Translations under genes and position numbers: made by a program
DNA from: Phycisphaerales bacterium
Lineage (GTDB): Bacteria; Planctomycetota; Phycisphaerae; UBA1845
Assembly (NCBI GenBank): GCA_020353195.1
Contig: CP070691.1
Span: 2,579,105-2,643,104, forward strand
Reading direction: 5' to 3'
Length of the DNA: 64,000 nt
The notes under the pieces: model-generated
The model's input: the letters and a program-made list of their open reading frames with translations, nothing else
Databases searched by the model: none
Told to the model about the DNA's origin: nothing
In this document: piece after piece, positions 7,806-17,671 of the stretch
How the letters are laid out: each line of letters opens with the position of its first letter
How positions within the stretch are numbered: position 1 is the first letter of the stretch

Positions 7806-8909
7806 CTAATCCACCATATCCCAGGCTACGCGGGTATCGGCGGGGATCGGTACGACGGCGCGTCGTCCGATCAGTTGTGCCATCTCGTCCGGGCTGATGC
7901 CGCCGGAGGGTCGTTTGGCGGTCAATATGTCGCGGTCCAGAACGTCGCCGGGGCGGACGTCGCGGGTAACGACAATGCTCTTGCGGCAGCCGTCGCGGAC
8001 CGGCTCTTCCGAAGCATGCATGGACAGTTCGCCATCGCCCAGGGCCTCTTCCGCCCGGCGCACCCTCGTGATGTACTCGGCCATGGCGTCGGGCGCAAGC
8101 GACAGCGCGTGGTCGGGGCCCGGCAGCGTGTCGTCCAGCGTGAAGTGCTTTTCGAGCAGGCATGCGCCGGCGGCGACGGCGAGGGCCCCCGTCTCGACAG
8201 AGCAAGTGTGGTCGCTGAATCCGGTGGGGCGACCGAAGCGTTCGCGCAGCGCTGCGATCCGGTGCAGGTTCGCATCCTCCCAGGCGGTGGGGTAGGCGCT
8301 GACACAATGCAGAAGAATGAGCCGTTCCCGACATCCCAGTTCGGTCAACCGGTTCACGGTCCGCTCGAGTTCGTGTGCAAGGGACGCCCCGGTCGACAGG
8401 ATGACCGGGAGGTTCGCGCGGGCCACTTCCTCCAGCAACGGATGGTTGTTCAAGTCGGTCGAGGCGATCTTGATGGCCCGCACGCCAAGGCCCGTAAGAA
8501 GGTGAAGGTCCGTGATCCCGAACGGCGTGGCCAGTAACTCGATCCCGCTCGCGCGGCAGTGTTCGCACAGAACCGAGAAATCATCGCGACCGAGTTCGAG
8601 CTGCCGGAGCATCTCCCGTTGACAGAGGTCACCCGTGGCGTTTCTCTGGTAGTCGACGGTGGCGGCGTCGGCGGTGACCAGGTCGGCCGCGCGAAAGGCC
8701 TGGAACTTGACCGCATCAGCGCCGGTGCCGAGCGCGGCGTCGACCAGTTGGACAGCGGTGTTGAGATCCCCGTTGTGATTGACCCCGGCTTCGGCGACAA
8801 CGTATACGCGCCGCCCCGGGCCTACGGATGTGGCGCCGATGGTCACCGGCGACGGGCGCTCCGCGGGCGCCGGAGCGAATCCTGTCTGTTGTCGGGAAAC
8901 CGGTCTCAT
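7806..8909 (-). CDS. Nonulosonic-acid synthase family (NeuB/PseI/LegI-like) with a C-terminal SAF domain
   Basis: 'VYVVAEAGVNHNGDLNTAVQLVDAALGTGADAVKFQ' plus a C-terminal 'VVTRDVRPGDVLDRDILTAKRP' SAF-like segment. ATG at 8909. Confidence 0.8.
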   Translation of the reverse strand: MRPVSRQQTGFAPAPAERPSPVTIGATSVGPGRRVYVVAEAGVNHNGDLNTAVQLVDAALGTGADAVKFQAFRAADLVTADAATVDYQRNATGDLCQREMLRQLELGRDDFSVLCEHCRASGIELLATPFGITDLHLLTGLGVRAIKIASTDLNNHPLLEEVARANLPVILSTGASLAHELERTVNRLTELGCRERLILLHCVSAYPTAWEDANLHRIAALRERFGRPTGFSDHTCSVETGALAVAAGACLLEKHFTLDDTLPGPDHALSLAPDAMAEYITRVRRAEEALGDGELSMHASEEPVRDGCRKSIVVTRDVRPGDVLDRDILTAKRPSGGISPDEMAQLIGRRAVVPIPADTRVAWDMVD

Positions 8910-9298
8910 CGGCAGATTCCGAGCAGTTCGAAATCCCCACTTGGGTATATCGGCAATCGCGCGGCTCCGTCTTGTCCGCGATCGCAGGAGCGCGAACTCG
9001 GATTCGGTCCGCCAAGGCCCGGCGGCTCGACGAGGGGCGACCGGCGGGGCACGGAGCCCGGATCACGAGAAGCGCGTGATGAGCCCGCAAGGACGCACTG
9101 ACGGAGCAGATCGGCAGGAAGCCGGGAACCGGCGGCCCGCCCTGCCACCGTCGGCACCCGGAGTGCGAGCGGATGAGACCGGAGGTGACCGAGGAGCTTG
9201 GCGCCCGCCCCCCGCCGGGCGGAACGGGTGACGGCGGCGGCGGGCCCGGCTCGACCCGCCACATTTCCTCGACCGTCGATCACCGACAAGACACGTTC

Positions 9299-11668
9299 TC
9301 AACTTGCCCGAACGGGCAACGTGAACTGAAACGTCGCACCGAATCGATCGTTGGGTCTGGCGGACAGGCAGCCGCGGTGGGCGTCAAGGATGGTCTTGCT
9401 GATGGAAAGCCCCAGCCCCGTGCCGTCCGATTTGGTCGTGAAGAACGGTTCGAACAGATGCTCGGACACGCCCGGTGAGAACCCCTCGCCGGTGTCCGTA
9501 ACCGTCACCTCCACCGCGTCCTTTCCGTGCCTGGCCGTTGTGACGCACAGTTCCCGCCGGCGCCCTTCGATGTGTTTCATCGCGTCGATCGCGTTGTGAA
9601 AGAGGTTCAGAAGCACCTGCTGAATCTGAATCTTGTCGACCTCGATGGGCGGAATCCCCGGCTCGGGCTCGAATCGGGTGTGAACGTTGTGCATCCGGGC
9701 CGCGTATTCCTCAAACTCGATCGCTTCTTGGATGACGGCGTTGAGGTCCACCGGCGCCATGCGCGGTTCCTGCCTGCGAGAGAACTCGCGGACGCGACGG
9801 ACGACGTCGGCCGCACGCTCCGACTGGCCGGCGATTTGCCTGACGGCCCCCAGCAACTCCTCAGTGGTGACGGTCTCCGATTCAATGCGGCGCAGGCAGG
9901 CCTCGGTGTAATTGTTGATGGCGGCCAACGGCTGATTGAGCTCATGGGCCAACTCGGTGGCCATCTCGCCCACCGTGCCGAGCCGGGCCAGGCGGCAGAA
10001 TTCCGCCTGCCGCTCGCGCGCCAGGGCGTCGGCCTGTTTTCGCTCCGTGGCGTCGCGGATGACGGCAAGAACGAACCTCTCCTTCGCGCTCCGGCCCGCG
10101 GAGAGAGACAGCTCTATAGGGAACACATTGCCGTCACTGCGCAACGCCGGCCGCTCAACGGTCTTGCCGATCACCCGACGGGACTCACCTGTAGCGAAGA
10201 AGCTCTTCACGAATTGCCGGTGTGGTTCGCGATAGTCCTCGGGCATCAGAACGTCCAGCGGCTGGCCGATCATCTCCTTCGCTTGGCGGCCGAACATCTC
10301 CTCGGCCGCAGGGTTGAACAGTGTTACCAGCCCCTGGGAATTGACGGCGACCATCGCGTCTTTGCTCGCGTGCACGACAGTGCGGAACCGCTCTTCGCTG
10401 CTCCGCAGCGCCTCTTCCGCCCGCCTCTTTTCGGTGACGTCTCTATGGCTCGCCATATGTGCGATGACGTTCCCCGCATCATCCACCACTCTTGATGAGC
10501 ATACCGCAACCGGAAAGAGATCACCGTTCTTCCTCTTGCCGATGAGCTCTCCTGACCAACCGCCTCTCACCGTGTCCTCAAGCGCCTGTTCCACTTCCCG
10601 TGTCTGTTCTTCGGGGTGCAGGGAGGCGATACTTTTGCCAATCATCTCTTCTCTTGAATACCCGAACATTTTGGCAAATGCTTCGTTCACATAGGTGATC
10701 CTGCTTTCAAGATCACCCATGGCCATTCCCTCGATCGAATTGTCAACCGCTTGCGCGAATAGCCTCAGTTTCTCCTCTGCCCGCTTGCTATCGGTGATGT
10801 CCCGGTTTACGGCAACAGTACCGATGCGGTTGCCTTTGCCATCAAGGACCGGAACGACAATCGTCTCGCAGACGCCCTCCGTCCCGTCCTTGCGGACGAA
10901 ACGAATATCGCCGCTCCACCGGTTCTCGCTGCGGAGCCCGTCTTGAACGGCCCGGGTCAGGGCGGCGGCTTCGGCGGGGCCATTCAGGACGTCCGGGCTC
11001 TTGCCCAGGATTTCCTCCTTCGCATAGCCGAACATGCGCTGCGCGCCGGGGTTCCAGTCGATGATCCGGCCATCAGCGCCGATCAGCAGCACGCCGTCGT
11101 GGATGCTCTTGAAAACCATCGCCTGGCGCCGCAGCGCGCGCTCGGCCCGTGCACGGTCCGCGACCGACCCGGCCCGTCTGACGAACAGGCCGGCGACGAG
11201 AACAGCGGCAGCCAGAATGCAGGCCCCTGCCACCGTGGCGAACCAGCCCGTGCGCCACGACGACGGCACGACCGACAACGCCGCCCCGATCACGTTCGGG
11301 CTTCTGAGCCCACGCGCATCGACACACCGCGCCGGGCAGGCGCCGCGCCCCGGCCCAAGCGCATCCGTGTCGATTCCGGCCCGTGACGTGAATTCTCCGA
11401 AGCCCTGGCAAACGTCGCGAATGATGACGCCTTGCGGATGGTCGAAGCGAGCCACCGGACCGCCGGCGCCACGCGCGGGGCACGCCCCCCAGAAGACGAG
11501 GAAGACCACGCAGAGGCTGATACAGTGAGTTCCTTTGAACGCGGACGGCTGCCCCGTGACCGGCCCGGGCACGGCTTCGCCGCCCACATGGATGCGAAAC
11601 GCGCGCGCACGGGGTGACGTGGATTCCGCACGGGCACGAAAGGTGGCGTTGATCTCAGTGAACTGCAT
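9299..11668 (-). CDS. Membrane sensor histidine kinase with three PAS domains (FixL-like architecture)
   Basis: Two N-terminal TM segments, then three PAS-like repeats ('GRIIDWNPGAQRMFGY', 'ITYVNEAFAKMFGY', 'VTLFNPAAEEMFG'). HisKA 'ELAHELNQPL' and HATPase 'DTGEGF...GTGLGLSI'. Confidence 0.85.
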   Translation of the reverse strand: MQFTEINATFRARAESTSPRARAFRIHVGGEAVPGPVTGQPSAFKGTHCISLCVVFLVFWGACPARGAGGPVARFDHPQGVIIRDVCQGFGEFTSRAGIDTDALGPGRGACPARCVDARGLRSPNVIGAALSVVPSSWRTGWFATVAGACILAAAVLVAGLFVRRAGSVADRARAERALRRQAMVFKSIHDGVLLIGADGRIIDWNPGAQRMFGYAKEEILGKSPDVLNGPAEAAALTRAVQDGLRSENRWSGDIRFVRKDGTEGVCETIVVPVLDGKGNRIGTVAVNRDITDSKRAEEKLRLFAQAVDNSIEGMAMGDLESRITYVNEAFAKMFGYSREEMIGKSIASLHPEEQTREVEQALEDTVRGGWSGELIGKRKNGDLFPVAVCSSRVVDDAGNVIAHMASHRDVTEKRRAEEALRSSEERFRTVVHASKDAMVAVNSQGLVTLFNPAAEEMFGRQAKEMIGQPLDVLMPEDYREPHRQFVKSFFATGESRRVIGKTVERPALRSDGNVFPIELSLSAGRSAKERFVLAVIRDATERKQADALARERQAEFCRLARLGTVGEMATELAHELNQPLAAINNYTEACLRRIESETVTTEELLGAVRQIAGQSERAADVVRRVREFSRRQEPRMAPVDLNAVIQEAIEFEEYAARMHNVHTRFEPEPGIPPIEVDKIQIQQVLLNLFHNAIDAMKHIEGRRRELCVTTARHGKDAVEVTVTDTGEGFSPGVSEHLFEPFFTTKSDGTGLGLSISKTILDAHRGCLSARPNDRFGATFQFTLPVRAS

Positions 11669-12018
11669 GACTGGCTACCCCCATTGCACTGGCTGAAGGC
11701 ATCGTGCCGCAGGCCCTTTGCGCTCCGCGCATTGCCCGATACGACAACTCGCGGAGTCTGCCATTATACCCGCCGACCGACGGCGGTGTGCAAGCGCGAG
11801 GTGCCAGGCCGGGGCATCGCCCCGGAGGCGATGAGCGGGGCCCGCATTGCCGCGTGCCGCAGGGACGGAAATAACCGACTTCGCGCGGCCCGCCGCCCCA
11901 CCCGAAAGTGACAGGCCCGCTACCGTCGGCGTTCGTCACCTCGAGATCGGCACGCTCGCCCCTCAGGCCGGAGCGTTGCGCGTGATGCGCGGCACGGCAC
12001 GACAGGAGTTGCGTTGCT

Positions 12019-12237
12019 TCATCTCTCTGCCCGCTTGGCAATCCAATCCCGGTGAAGCTGAGACGCGACGTCGTCCATCTCCCTCAGCAGCTCGGCCTTC
12101 CGGCGCGCCGATTGCGCGTCCGCGGGCGACCCCTGGCCCTCCGCGAGGTCGGCAAACTCGCTGCATAAACGCTTCCAGCGTTCAACGAGCTGCCACTGTT
12201 CGTACTCAGTCAGGCGCTTCTCAGGTCGATCGAACAT
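12019..12237 (-). CDS. Small hypothetical helical protein, paralog 1
   Basis: ATG 12237 is preceded by AAGGAG about 11 nt upstream. Similar to the 13018 gene (KRLTEYEQWQLVERW...ELLREMDDVASQLHRDWIA). Confidence 0.5.
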   Translation of the reverse strand: MFDRPEKRLTEYEQWQLVERWKRLCSEFADLAEGQGSPADAQSARRKAELLREMDDVASQLHRDWIAKRAER

Positions 12238-13017
12238 GATGCCGCGTTCTCCTTGCCCGCACCACAACAGCCAGGCGCCCCTTCCCGCCGCGTAGGACCG
12301 CTTGCGGGTCCACTGCCGGCCAAAAAACGACGCAGAATCCCGGTACTCGACGGGCGCTGCGCCTTGTTCCCGCTCCCGATAAACACGCGGGAACAGAGTG
12401 AGGTTGCACCACACGCACGATGGGGACACCAGTACCGAGGACTCCAGAGAAAAGAGGCACGCCTTGGTCCGGTTGTGGCCCTAAACCGCCCCTGGTACGC
12501 CCCGCAAAGGCACGAGTGCCCGGTCCGGGTCCTTCGGCGCCGCAAATGCTGCAACCCGATACCATGCCGTCGGATTCGGGGAAGCTGCCGTTGCGTTCAA
12601 TGCACCCTGCACCGCGCCGCCGGTGGCGGCCGAAGCCATGCGGCCGACATCCGCTGAAGCTCCGGACGGACCGCGTCACCCGTCCACCCCGATCGTTGAG
12701 CCTCGCGTCGCATCCGCACTGGCGCACCCGTTCCAATCTGCCGAACTCATTGGTGCGTAACACCAAAGTCCTTGTTCTCTGCCAATCTGCGCCAACGTGA
12801 CCTCGGTACACACGTTCAGGCCGAACGACCCCGTCAGGATCTCGGTTTCTGTTTTCATGAGGATCCGCCGCGGCCTCGGGCAACACGACCGAAAAAGCCG
12901 GGCCACTTGCGTTACATAACGTAACAGCGAAGTGGCCCCTGCGCTGGGATGGGTCGAATTATCTCCTGCCATTGCGCGCCGCTGCGCCGGTCCCACGGGG
13001 GCCCGGCTGCTCTGCTG

Positions 13018-13395
13018 TCACGTGCTACCTTCCATCTCTTGCCGCAACTGCGCAAACCAGTCTTCGCGCAGTTGAAGCGCGATCTGATCCATTTCCCGCG
13101 ACAACTCCTCTCTCCGTCCCGTCCCTTCCGCTGCCGCGCCCGGCGTCTCCTGCGCAGCAAGCGCGGCGAGCTCACCGTATAACAGATCCCAGCGCTCAAC
13201 GAGTTGTTGACGCTCCTGTGGCGTCAGGCGTTTGGCACGTCGTTCTGACACGGTCCAGAGCGTTCTCTGTCGCCGTGACCCCTGTGGCGCCTGCTCGGCG
13301 CTTGCGGTCAGCTGCCCACTCCAGGCGCAGCTTCTATAAAATGGCGCGGTGTTACACTGCATATCGGGCACCGCGCCATCTCTCGATACGCTCAT
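13018..13395 (-). CDS. Small hypothetical helical protein, paralog 2. Start uncertain: GTG 13251 would give a protein collinear with paralog 1.
   Basis: 'KRLTPQERQQLVERWDLLYGELAALA...ELSREMDQIALQLREDWFA' aligns with paralog 1. The N-terminal 48 aa of the long ORF have no counterpart. Confidence 0.5.
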   Translation of the reverse strand: MSVSRDGAVPDMQCNTAPFYRSCAWSGQLTASAEQAPQGSRRQRTLWTVSERRAKRLTPQERQQLVERWDLLYGELAALAAQETPGAAAEGTGRREELSREMDQIALQLREDWFAQLRQEMEGST

Positions 13396-13542
13396 GCCAT
13401 GAGCAAGAGGAGGATTACGTCAAAGACCATGGTACCGTCGCAGCCGACGGGGCGTCCATTGGGGAAAACCCTAGTACGGATGCGGAAAAACGAATTTGGC
13501 CGGCCCGCGTCCGGCGCCTCCTGTGGTGATGCCTGGCGCCCG

Positions 13543-14232
13543 TCATCGCCGGGGGGGGTGTCGGAGCCGGGGTCGACGCAAGCCATGCGGGGCATCGTCG
13601 GAGCCGCCTGGGGGATCGTCCGCGCCGCTGGCCAAAACGACCGACATCCGGACGAGATCGGCCAAGCTGTCGGCCTGCATCTTGCTCATGACGTGAGCGC
13701 GATGGGCCTCGACCGTCTTATGGCTCACTCTCAGTCGCCTTGCGACTCCCTTGTTGGACTCCCCCGCCACGACCAGGGCCATCGTCTCGCGTTCGCGCGG
13801 CGTCAGAAGCTCATACCGGACCGCCAGCTCGCTGCGAAACGCCCTGGCCCGGCGCATTTCCTTGTCCATCCGGAGCGCGTTCTCGATGCGGTCCAGAAAG
13901 ACGTGTTCCCTGAAGGGTTTCTCGAGGAAGTCGATCGCACCGGATTTCATGGCACGCACGGCGGTGGAGACGTCCGCATGCCCGGAAATCACGATGACGG
14001 GAATCATCGCCCCGAGGGAGCGGAGCCGCTCCTGAACACTCAAGCCGCTCATGCCCGGGAATCGGACGTCGAGGACCACACAGCCCGGCTGGTCGTCGTC
14101 GTAAGCGTCCAGGAATTCCTTCGCCGAGGCAAAACACTCGACGCGCAAGCCGGCTGATTCGATCAGCCAACTCAGGGAATCGCGGACCGCCTCGTCGTCA
14201 TCGACAACGAACACGATTGGTTCGTCCTGCAT
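13543..14232 (-). CDS. Response regulator, FixJ/NarL family (REC + LuxR-type HTH)
   Basis: 'IVFVVDDDEAVRDSL...VLDVRFPGMSG...MKSGAIDFLEKPF' and 'LTPRERETMALVVAGESNKGVARRLRVSHKTVEAHRAHVMSKM'. Confidence 0.9.
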   Translation of the reverse strand: MQDEPIVFVVDDDEAVRDSLSWLIESAGLRVECFASAKEFLDAYDDDQPGCVVLDVRFPGMSGLSVQERLRSLGAMIPVIVISGHADVSTAVRAMKSGAIDFLEKPFREHVFLDRIENALRMDKEMRRARAFRSELAVRYELLTPRERETMALVVAGESNKGVARRLRVSHKTVEAHRAHVMSKMQADSLADLVRMSVVLASGADDPPGGSDDAPHGLRRPRLRHPPRR

Positions 14233-14539
14233 AGCCGGTGCCCCCTCTGGACGCGTGCACGCCGAGCATCAGCCAACGAAATCACCCCGACCCCGAGTTC
14301 AGCATAACGGGCGCCGAGCGGCGTTCCTATTAGGGTTTTCCCTGAGTCCCATCCTCATGCCGCGCCGTTGACAGCGGCGTACCGGGTCTGCAGCCTGCCG
14401 GCGTCGTCGGCTGGAAATCCTTCTAAGCACTCACGTTAGCGTCGGCAGCCATGCGCCGGCCCGTGCTGCCGCGTTTCGAGCGGGCGTTGCCCCAGGTCTG
14501 ATCGCAGGCTACCCGCGCGGACCCCACTGTTGCCGGTGG

Positions 14540-17149
14540 TCATTGGTCGCGCCAGGCGAAGTCGCCTGAGTCTATGGTCCAGTCGATGCCGAAGTACCCT
14601 GCGACGCGTACGCCGCGGCCGCCGTCGGTCAGGACATCGGGCCCGAGCACGATGCAGTCGGGATAGGCGACGCCCGAAACAAAGTAGGGCAGGCGGTCGG
14701 TGAGACGCATGCCGGCCGACCCCGTGCCTGCGACTGCGCCGACCAGGGCGCGGTCGCTGCCCGGCCGAGGCCGGATCGTCAGGCAGGCGAGGTCATCACC
14801 CGGAAGTTCGCGCCGGCCGATCGTGATTCCGCCGGGGCGGACCTGGACCGGGCTGTCGGCCAGTAACGCTGCCCATGCCCGGTTGGAGGATGCGTTGCCG
14901 TAGAGGATGACGTTGCTATCGCGGTCCTTGTCCGGGTTGAACTCGGTATCGGCGATGACATCAACGGCCCCGTTTCCGCGATACCAGAACGTTTCGGCAT
15001 CGTAGCGTGCCTTGGAGAACGACCAGGCGTTCTGGCGGGCCGATCCCTTCGTGCCGTAGACAAGACGGAAGCGGTTTCGGAAAACCTGTTTGAACGGGCC
15101 GTACCGATGGGGTCCCTTCAACGACGGCGACGGCTTTCCGCTGACGGTCCAGGCGTCGCCGACATGGGTCAGCCACAGGCGCGGTTCGGGTTCGGGCCAG
15201 GGGATGTTCTCCAACGTCGTGCCGTCAAGTTCGACGGTCAGCGCATCACCGGCCGGCAGGACGGTGGCGTCGGTCTGCTCGCCGTCGACGTCGCCGTGCC
15301 GGGGGCGACTGAGTTCGGACAGATCCAGCGCCAGCCGGGCGACGTTGTCGGTCGTGCCCGAGAGTTTTCTCGTCTTGACGTCCAGGCCCAGCTTGACCGA
15401 ACTGACGTCGAGGGGGTGAATCTGGGCCTCGATCGCGGCCCAGCGGGATGTAGCGGAGACGGCCGGGTTGGCCGTAGCGAACTCCACGTGCCGAACATCG
15501 TGGGGTGCGGGGTTCGCGTGCCGACGGAGGAAGTCGAACAGGGGCGGCCAGTCCACGCATGTGTTGGTCCACCAGTGCCCCGCCTCGGGTTTTTCGTAAT
15601 ACGCGAAGTCGCAATGATAGGTACCCAGGTGCGCGCGCATCTTCCGGGCCTGGTCGACCGGCACGTTGTCGTCGCGTTCTCCGTGCAGGATGTACACGCC
15701 GTGGTGGAGGTAATTGCGCGAGAGCGCGAGCGTATCGCTGGGCGTCGTAGCCCGACGCAGCAGCCGCTCGACCGGAGATTTGCCCTCGTACTTGTGGGCC
15801 CCGGCGTAGGACCAGAAGCTGATCCAGCCCGCGCTGGGGGCGATGGCGGCGAACCGATCAGGAAACGTGGCGCCCACGTGCCACACTCCGTGCCCGCCCA
15901 TTGAATGCCCGGTAAGGTACGTGCGGCGGGGGTCGGTGTTCAGTTCTTGAGCGGCCAACGCCACCACTTCCATCGCGTCGAGCCGGCCCCAGTCCTCCCA
16001 GTCGAAGCCGAAGGGGCGTCGATTCGTCGGCGCCACGACGTGGCCCCAGTCCTTGCTCTGGTAAGCAGCCGCCTGCCCCGTGGCCTCCACGCCCGCTCCG
16101 TGCAGGGTGAGAAACAGGGCCGGTCGCGCCACGTCCTCGGCGGGTGGGCGCGCGGGGGTCACCGCGTAGTACTGCACGCTGCCGTCGATCTTGCTGACGA
16201 AGGTCTGTTTGTACCTGTCACCCACGTCGCGAGCAGCCAGCGCGATCTTTAGCGTGTCCAAGCGCGCAGCGGGCTGGTCAGAGGAGAACATGTCGAGTTG
16301 AACGTCGACCGGGCCTGACTTGGTCGGCGCCGGTCCGGCGAGCCGGAAGCCGACCTTCCGCAGGCTGAGTGCTGGAATCACCGGCGCCGGATTGACGGTC
16401 GTCTCACCGCCATCGTACGACGCTTTGATTTGCAGATTCGCTACGGGCTCGGTGGTGGCGTTGATCACGGGGATCGCGGCCCAGGTGTTCACGGATTCAC
16501 CGACGATCAGGTCCGGTAACGTCGCGTCGGACGGGTTGAGAACCAGGTTCGAACGCGGATCGACCAGCTTCGCCCGAACTCGTCCGCGACTGCAATGGAA
16601 CAGGAACGTGTTCGTGCCCGGTTGCAGCATCACCGGCAGCCGCACCCAGCCGGTGCGGTACGGGTCGCCCGCGCGGGGTTGGCCGTTTACGTACACCGTG
16701 CTATGCCCCGAGGCATCGAGCAGCATCACCCGAGCGGCGTCTACGGTGGTCGACGCGAAGGCATACCCGCCGCGGAGGGCGGCATGGTCCAGCCAGCCGT
16801 CTTCTGCCGGCGCTGCGGTTTGCCACGAGCGTTTGGCTCCGTCGGGCAGGGCGACGGTGTCCCCGGTTTTCGGGGCGGACCAGCGGCCGGCGACGATCCG
16901 GGCCTCTATGGCGTCGGTGTGCACGGCCGCCCGACCGTAGCGGCCTACCGGCTCGATCACGAGCCAGTTGCTCAGCACGAGGTCCGGCGCTGCTGCGGCA
17001 GGTTCATTTTTGGCGGCGGCGGCCTCCCGCGCAAATAACGGTGCGGCACCAGACGCCCAAGCCGCCGACAACACGACGATACGAGTAAAGCTCCTCTGCA
17101 CTGTCTTGCCCCCCGGGGAGTGTCGGACGCGAAACAGAGGCACGATCAT
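14540..17149 (-). CDS. Secreted alpha/beta-hydrolase (S9 prolyl-oligopeptidase/esterase-like) flanked by large unknown N- and C-terminal regions
   Basis: ATG 17149 gives a signal-like N-terminus. Nucleophile elbow 'LTGHSMGGHG'; 'HGERDDNVP' and 'PEAGHWW' could complete a Ser-Asp-His triad. Confidence 0.65.
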   Translation of the reverse strand: MIVPLFRVRHSPGGKTVQRSFTRIVVLSAAWASGAAPLFAREAAAAKNEPAAAAPDLVLSNWLVIEPVGRYGRAAVHTDAIEARIVAGRWSAPKTGDTVALPDGAKRSWQTAAPAEDGWLDHAALRGGYAFASTTVDAARVMLLDASGHSTVYVNGQPRAGDPYRTGWVRLPVMLQPGTNTFLFHCSRGRVRAKLVDPRSNLVLNPSDATLPDLIVGESVNTWAAIPVINATTEPVANLQIKASYDGGETTVNPAPVIPALSLRKVGFRLAGPAPTKSGPVDVQLDMFSSDQPAARLDTLKIALAARDVGDRYKQTFVSKIDGSVQYYAVTPARPPAEDVARPALFLTLHGAGVEATGQAAAYQSKDWGHVVAPTNRRPFGFDWEDWGRLDAMEVVALAAQELNTDPRRTYLTGHSMGGHGVWHVGATFPDRFAAIAPSAGWISFWSYAGAHKYEGKSPVERLLRRATTPSDTLALSRNYLHHGVYILHGERDDNVPVDQARKMRAHLGTYHCDFAYYEKPEAGHWWTNTCVDWPPLFDFLRRHANPAPHDVRHVEFATANPAVSATSRWAAIEAQIHPLDVSSVKLGLDVKTRKLSGTTDNVARLALDLSELSRPRHGDVDGEQTDATVLPAGDALTVELDGTTLENIPWPEPEPRLWLTHVGDAWTVSGKPSPSLKGPHRYGPFKQVFRNRFRLVYGTKGSARQNAWSFSKARYDAETFWYRGNGAVDVIADTEFNPDKDRDSNVILYGNASSNRAWAALLADSPVQVRPGGITIGRRELPGDDLACLTIRPRPGSDRALVGAVAGTGSAGMRLTDRLPYFVSGVAYPDCIVLGPDVLTDGGRGVRVAGYFGIDWTIDSGDFAWRDQ

Positions 17150-17671
17150 GCGGCCTCGACCCGGACATGTTACCGCCGTTCGACGCGCCGAACAGCCCGG
17201 CCAACCGGAGGCGATCCGCCACCCGGTTCGTCCGGGGGTCCGGTGTTCGACGGTGCGCATGAAGTGCTACTTCTCCCGCATTGATCCCGTAGCGGAGCGG
17301 TCTGCGGTGGATGTTCCGCACGCAGCCGTGTGCCGAGGGCGGCGTGTCCGCTCGTGTGAAGCACGGCCGGACGGCATGCCATGTATGCGCGTGCGCGGGC
17401 ATACTCGCGTGTCTATGCGGATAGCACGCAGACAAGCTGCCGGTGGCACGCTGTCGTTCATCATGGCGGTTTCCGGGTGGTGTTCGTTGACTGCGGGTTG
17501 TTAGCGTGATACGTTTACCATGTCTAGCTGATACGTGAGCTCTGGCGGAGGCGACGGTCAGTGGACGCACGCGGGTGGGCCATTTCGACGGTCACCTCCA
17601 AACGCAATCCAATCAGATGAGTCCATGGGGAGTCGCCGAGCGGGGCTTCGGCGAGATGCAGGAGGCAAATC

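Noticed and set aside
12221-12886. A 221-aa minus-strand ORF filling the gap between the two small paralogs
   Set aside because: The composition (Arg/Gly/Pro/Cys-rich) looks non-proteinaceous. There is no motif and no SD. It overlaps the better-supported 12019-12237 gene.
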